A stretch of 64,000 bases of DNA from Lama guanicoe (Eukaryota), in NCBI GenBank assembly GCA_013239625.1, contig MU054187.1, positions 23,250,795-23,314,794 of the forward strand, written 5' to 3'. The notes under the pieces are model-generated. The model worked only from the letters and a program-made list of their open reading frames with translations. It ran no database searches and had not been told where the DNA came from. Position numbers and translations under genes: made by a program. Shown here in pieces: positions 61,607 through 64,000 of the stretch (the first letter of the stretch is position 1; each line of letters begins with the position of its first letter).

Positions 61607-63091
61607 GTTTCCTGATGCTCACATTATCAACTGCTCTGTGCCTTACACATAATATTTACTGTAGTCAGTTAACATTTTTGCATGGCACTGCTCACCAATC
61701 TTTAGGCTTTTTAAATTATCTTATATTTAAAAACAGATTGTTTACATGATTGATTTTGTCAGACTCTGCCTCTTGAAATTTTCCTCTTCCAATTTCTCCA
61801 AATACTAGCTTAACAGTATCTTTCATTTTGAAATATGCACAGAAGGGTTATAAAGCACATTGATGACCACTAAGGTGCCATTTTTTTTAATCAGAGATTT
61901 TGAAAAAATGAATCATTAACATAAGATATAGCTCTCAGTGGGAGAATAAATAATCGAAGTAAGGAAATTATACCCTCATGCTTTTTTAATTAAACCATAT
62001 TGCTTGCTGTTTTGAGTCCAAAATATTTTAAAAATAAAATACAGAAATTGCTTTAAGTTATATTCAGTTATTGAATTCATGATGAAATAAATCTCAAACC
62101 TCCATTCTGTGTATTTTTAGTTAAAAAAATTAAATTGTAAGCTAAATAATGCAAAAATGTGTATCTCTTACACTTAAACCATCTGAAACTGTACTGATGT
62201 TGTGTTATTAAAACTTGTGCACAACTGAACGCTCTTTGTTTTTCATTCAGCCTCATACATCAGTGAGGGGAAAATCAATACACACCAATGTCTGATGCTT
62301 CACTACTGGAATCAACCAGTGGATGGTTAGAGTGAACCGAGCCTCCTGCGTTCTGACTCCCTTCCTCATCCACATCAGCACTTAACACACACAGTCACAC
62401 TCAAAAGAACAAGCACAAAAGGACAATTATCACATTTCAATTCCACATTCCTCCTCCTTTTTGCATCTAGATCTACACATATAAAAGGGTCTGCGTGCCC
62501 ACATGCCATATGTTTAGTAATCCTGGCTTGCAGAAACTGCGGAGTGCTTGGTGGATGGAATTCGTAGATGTGCATTTATTTAAGCTTTGCGGGGTTGCGC
62601 GTCTCTGCAAGGTTCCTTGAGATTGTAACGTCACAATCCCGGTAGAGTGTGACTAACGACCTCTCTTTGACATATCTTACAATTCAACTCCGCCTTCAAC
62701 CTTTTCTAGTATTTTGAGATCCATTGCGGGTATCTCTGTGTTTCCAGCCCCAATCTGTTGGCTTCTTATCTATTTCTCTGAGCAGTTCCTTCCTCAGGCT
62801 CAAGAAGGAATTTATTCTAGTTTGTTGATATTACCCTCCCGTCATCCAGCCGGTTCACATCCTCTGCACCATCTGCTTGTGATATATCTTCACTACGGCT
62901 TTTGCTACCAGGAGAAAAGTATTTAACTGGAGTTAATTCTTTCTTTGATAAGCACATTATTATGACTTTAAGAAATCTTGGAGTTACTGTTTATTATCTG
63001 TTCAAGAGTATTAATTAAAAAAAAAAAAACTTCAGTGCTAATGTGATAAACCAAGGAATCATCTACAATTTCTGTTCTAGGAAGTCTTTTG

Positions 63092-63094
<3 letters not shown>

Positions 63095-63130
<36 letters not shown>
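63095..63130. repeat. (TG)18 microsatellite
   Basis: Read directly. Confidence 0.95.
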
Positions 63131-63136
<6 letters not shown>

Positions 63137-63553
63137 AACAGTAGGCATTGATAGGAGTTCTGATTAATATTCTCTTCTCCTTTCCAACAGATCTATAACT
63201 GCACATAGTCCTTCAAGTAATTGATACTCTTTCTAAATACTCAATTCCAGAAGGGAGGGGAAGCTTGATGTCAATCAGTAAATAGTGATTAAGTAATAAG
63301 GATGACATGAATACATATTATATTTACCCTGTTATAAAGATTAAGTAAAGCTCCTTTCCTTTAACAGTGTCCTGATTTTTCTATAGTTTATGTGAATATA
63401 CTACCAAGTATCAGGAAGTTATTTCATTTGCCACAGGATTTTCTCATTTCATTGTGCCTCATCCTGACCTCCATCCAATCTGACTTTTTTTTCCTACTCA
63501 GAGAAGAGTGATAGGAATTCTCATCAACAGGTAATTCCCATGACACCTTTTTA

Positions 63554-63558
<5 letters not shown>

Positions 63559-63586
<28 letters not shown>
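63559..63586. repeat. (AC)14 microsatellite
   Basis: Read directly. Confidence 0.95.
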
Positions 63587-63589
<3 letters not shown>

Positions 63590-63667
63590 TAAAATGCTGA
63601 TTCTCAGCTTCAGCTTCATAATTTATGCAATTAATAGTCTTGATCATACATGTGAGTTAAGATCCTT

Positions 63668-63800
63668 TGCTGGTAAATATTTAACCAGTGGTTCTTGTGG
63701 GTAGGGGTGGGGGGAAGTTTTGAACCATAGAATGTTTGGTTTTCCATGGGGTAAATACTCCCACAATGGCTGAACATAACATCACTGAATATGCAATTAG
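63668..63800. mobile_element. MER63-like hAT-Blackjack fragment
   Basis: 'tgctggtaaatatttaac' and 'ttccatggggtaaatactcccacaatggctga'. Confidence 0.45.
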
Positions 63801-64000
63801 TATGTCACCCACAGAGGACAGCTTCCTAGGACAGAAAGTATGAGATAAGTAGAGTGTGTCTCTGGTGGAGCAAACAAAAGACAACTAGCCCACCATATAA
63901 AACAATGAATTTTATGAGCTGAAGATAAGAGGTTTATTAGATGAGGTTTCTGTCGTACTCGAGATTTGTGTTTTTGATGAAAAATATTCATTTCAATTCA

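Noticed and set aside
63095..63586. (TG)18 and (AC)14 as a functional long-range stem
   Set aside because: Both are common microsatellites and their flanks show no further complementarity

Overview
AT-rich, repeat-dense mammalian genomic DNA (intergenic or deep intronic), most likely from a camelid, judged from a vic-1-type tRNA-derived SINE at ~19.24-19.40 kb and lineage-type L1 3' ends. I can support no intact protein-coding gene, tRNA, rRNA or CRISPR array. The supplied ORFs are decayed L1/ERV/zinc-finger fragments or chance ORFs. The window is a layered record of transposons: L1, L2, MIR, MLT1/MLT2 and ERV1-type solo LTRs, an ERVL pol remnant, and hAT and mariner MITEs, with several nested insertions resolvable by target-site duplications (TSDs). 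The most notable items are: (i) a decayed, apparently intronless KRAB-zinc-finger retrocopy (~49.55-51.35 kb) split by an MLT1 LTR; (ii) an L1 with a twin-priming 5' inversion; (iii) an isolated L1 5' end; (iv) a CpG-rich ~135-bp imperfect palindrome at 40.1 kb beside homeodomain palindromes; (v) CpG-enriched non-repeat islands with exon- or promoter-like signals at ~11.4, ~26.9 and ~62.3-63.2 kb. I found no convincing novel biological system. Repeat subfamily names are recalled from consensus sequences, not from a search, and boundaries without TSDs are approximate.
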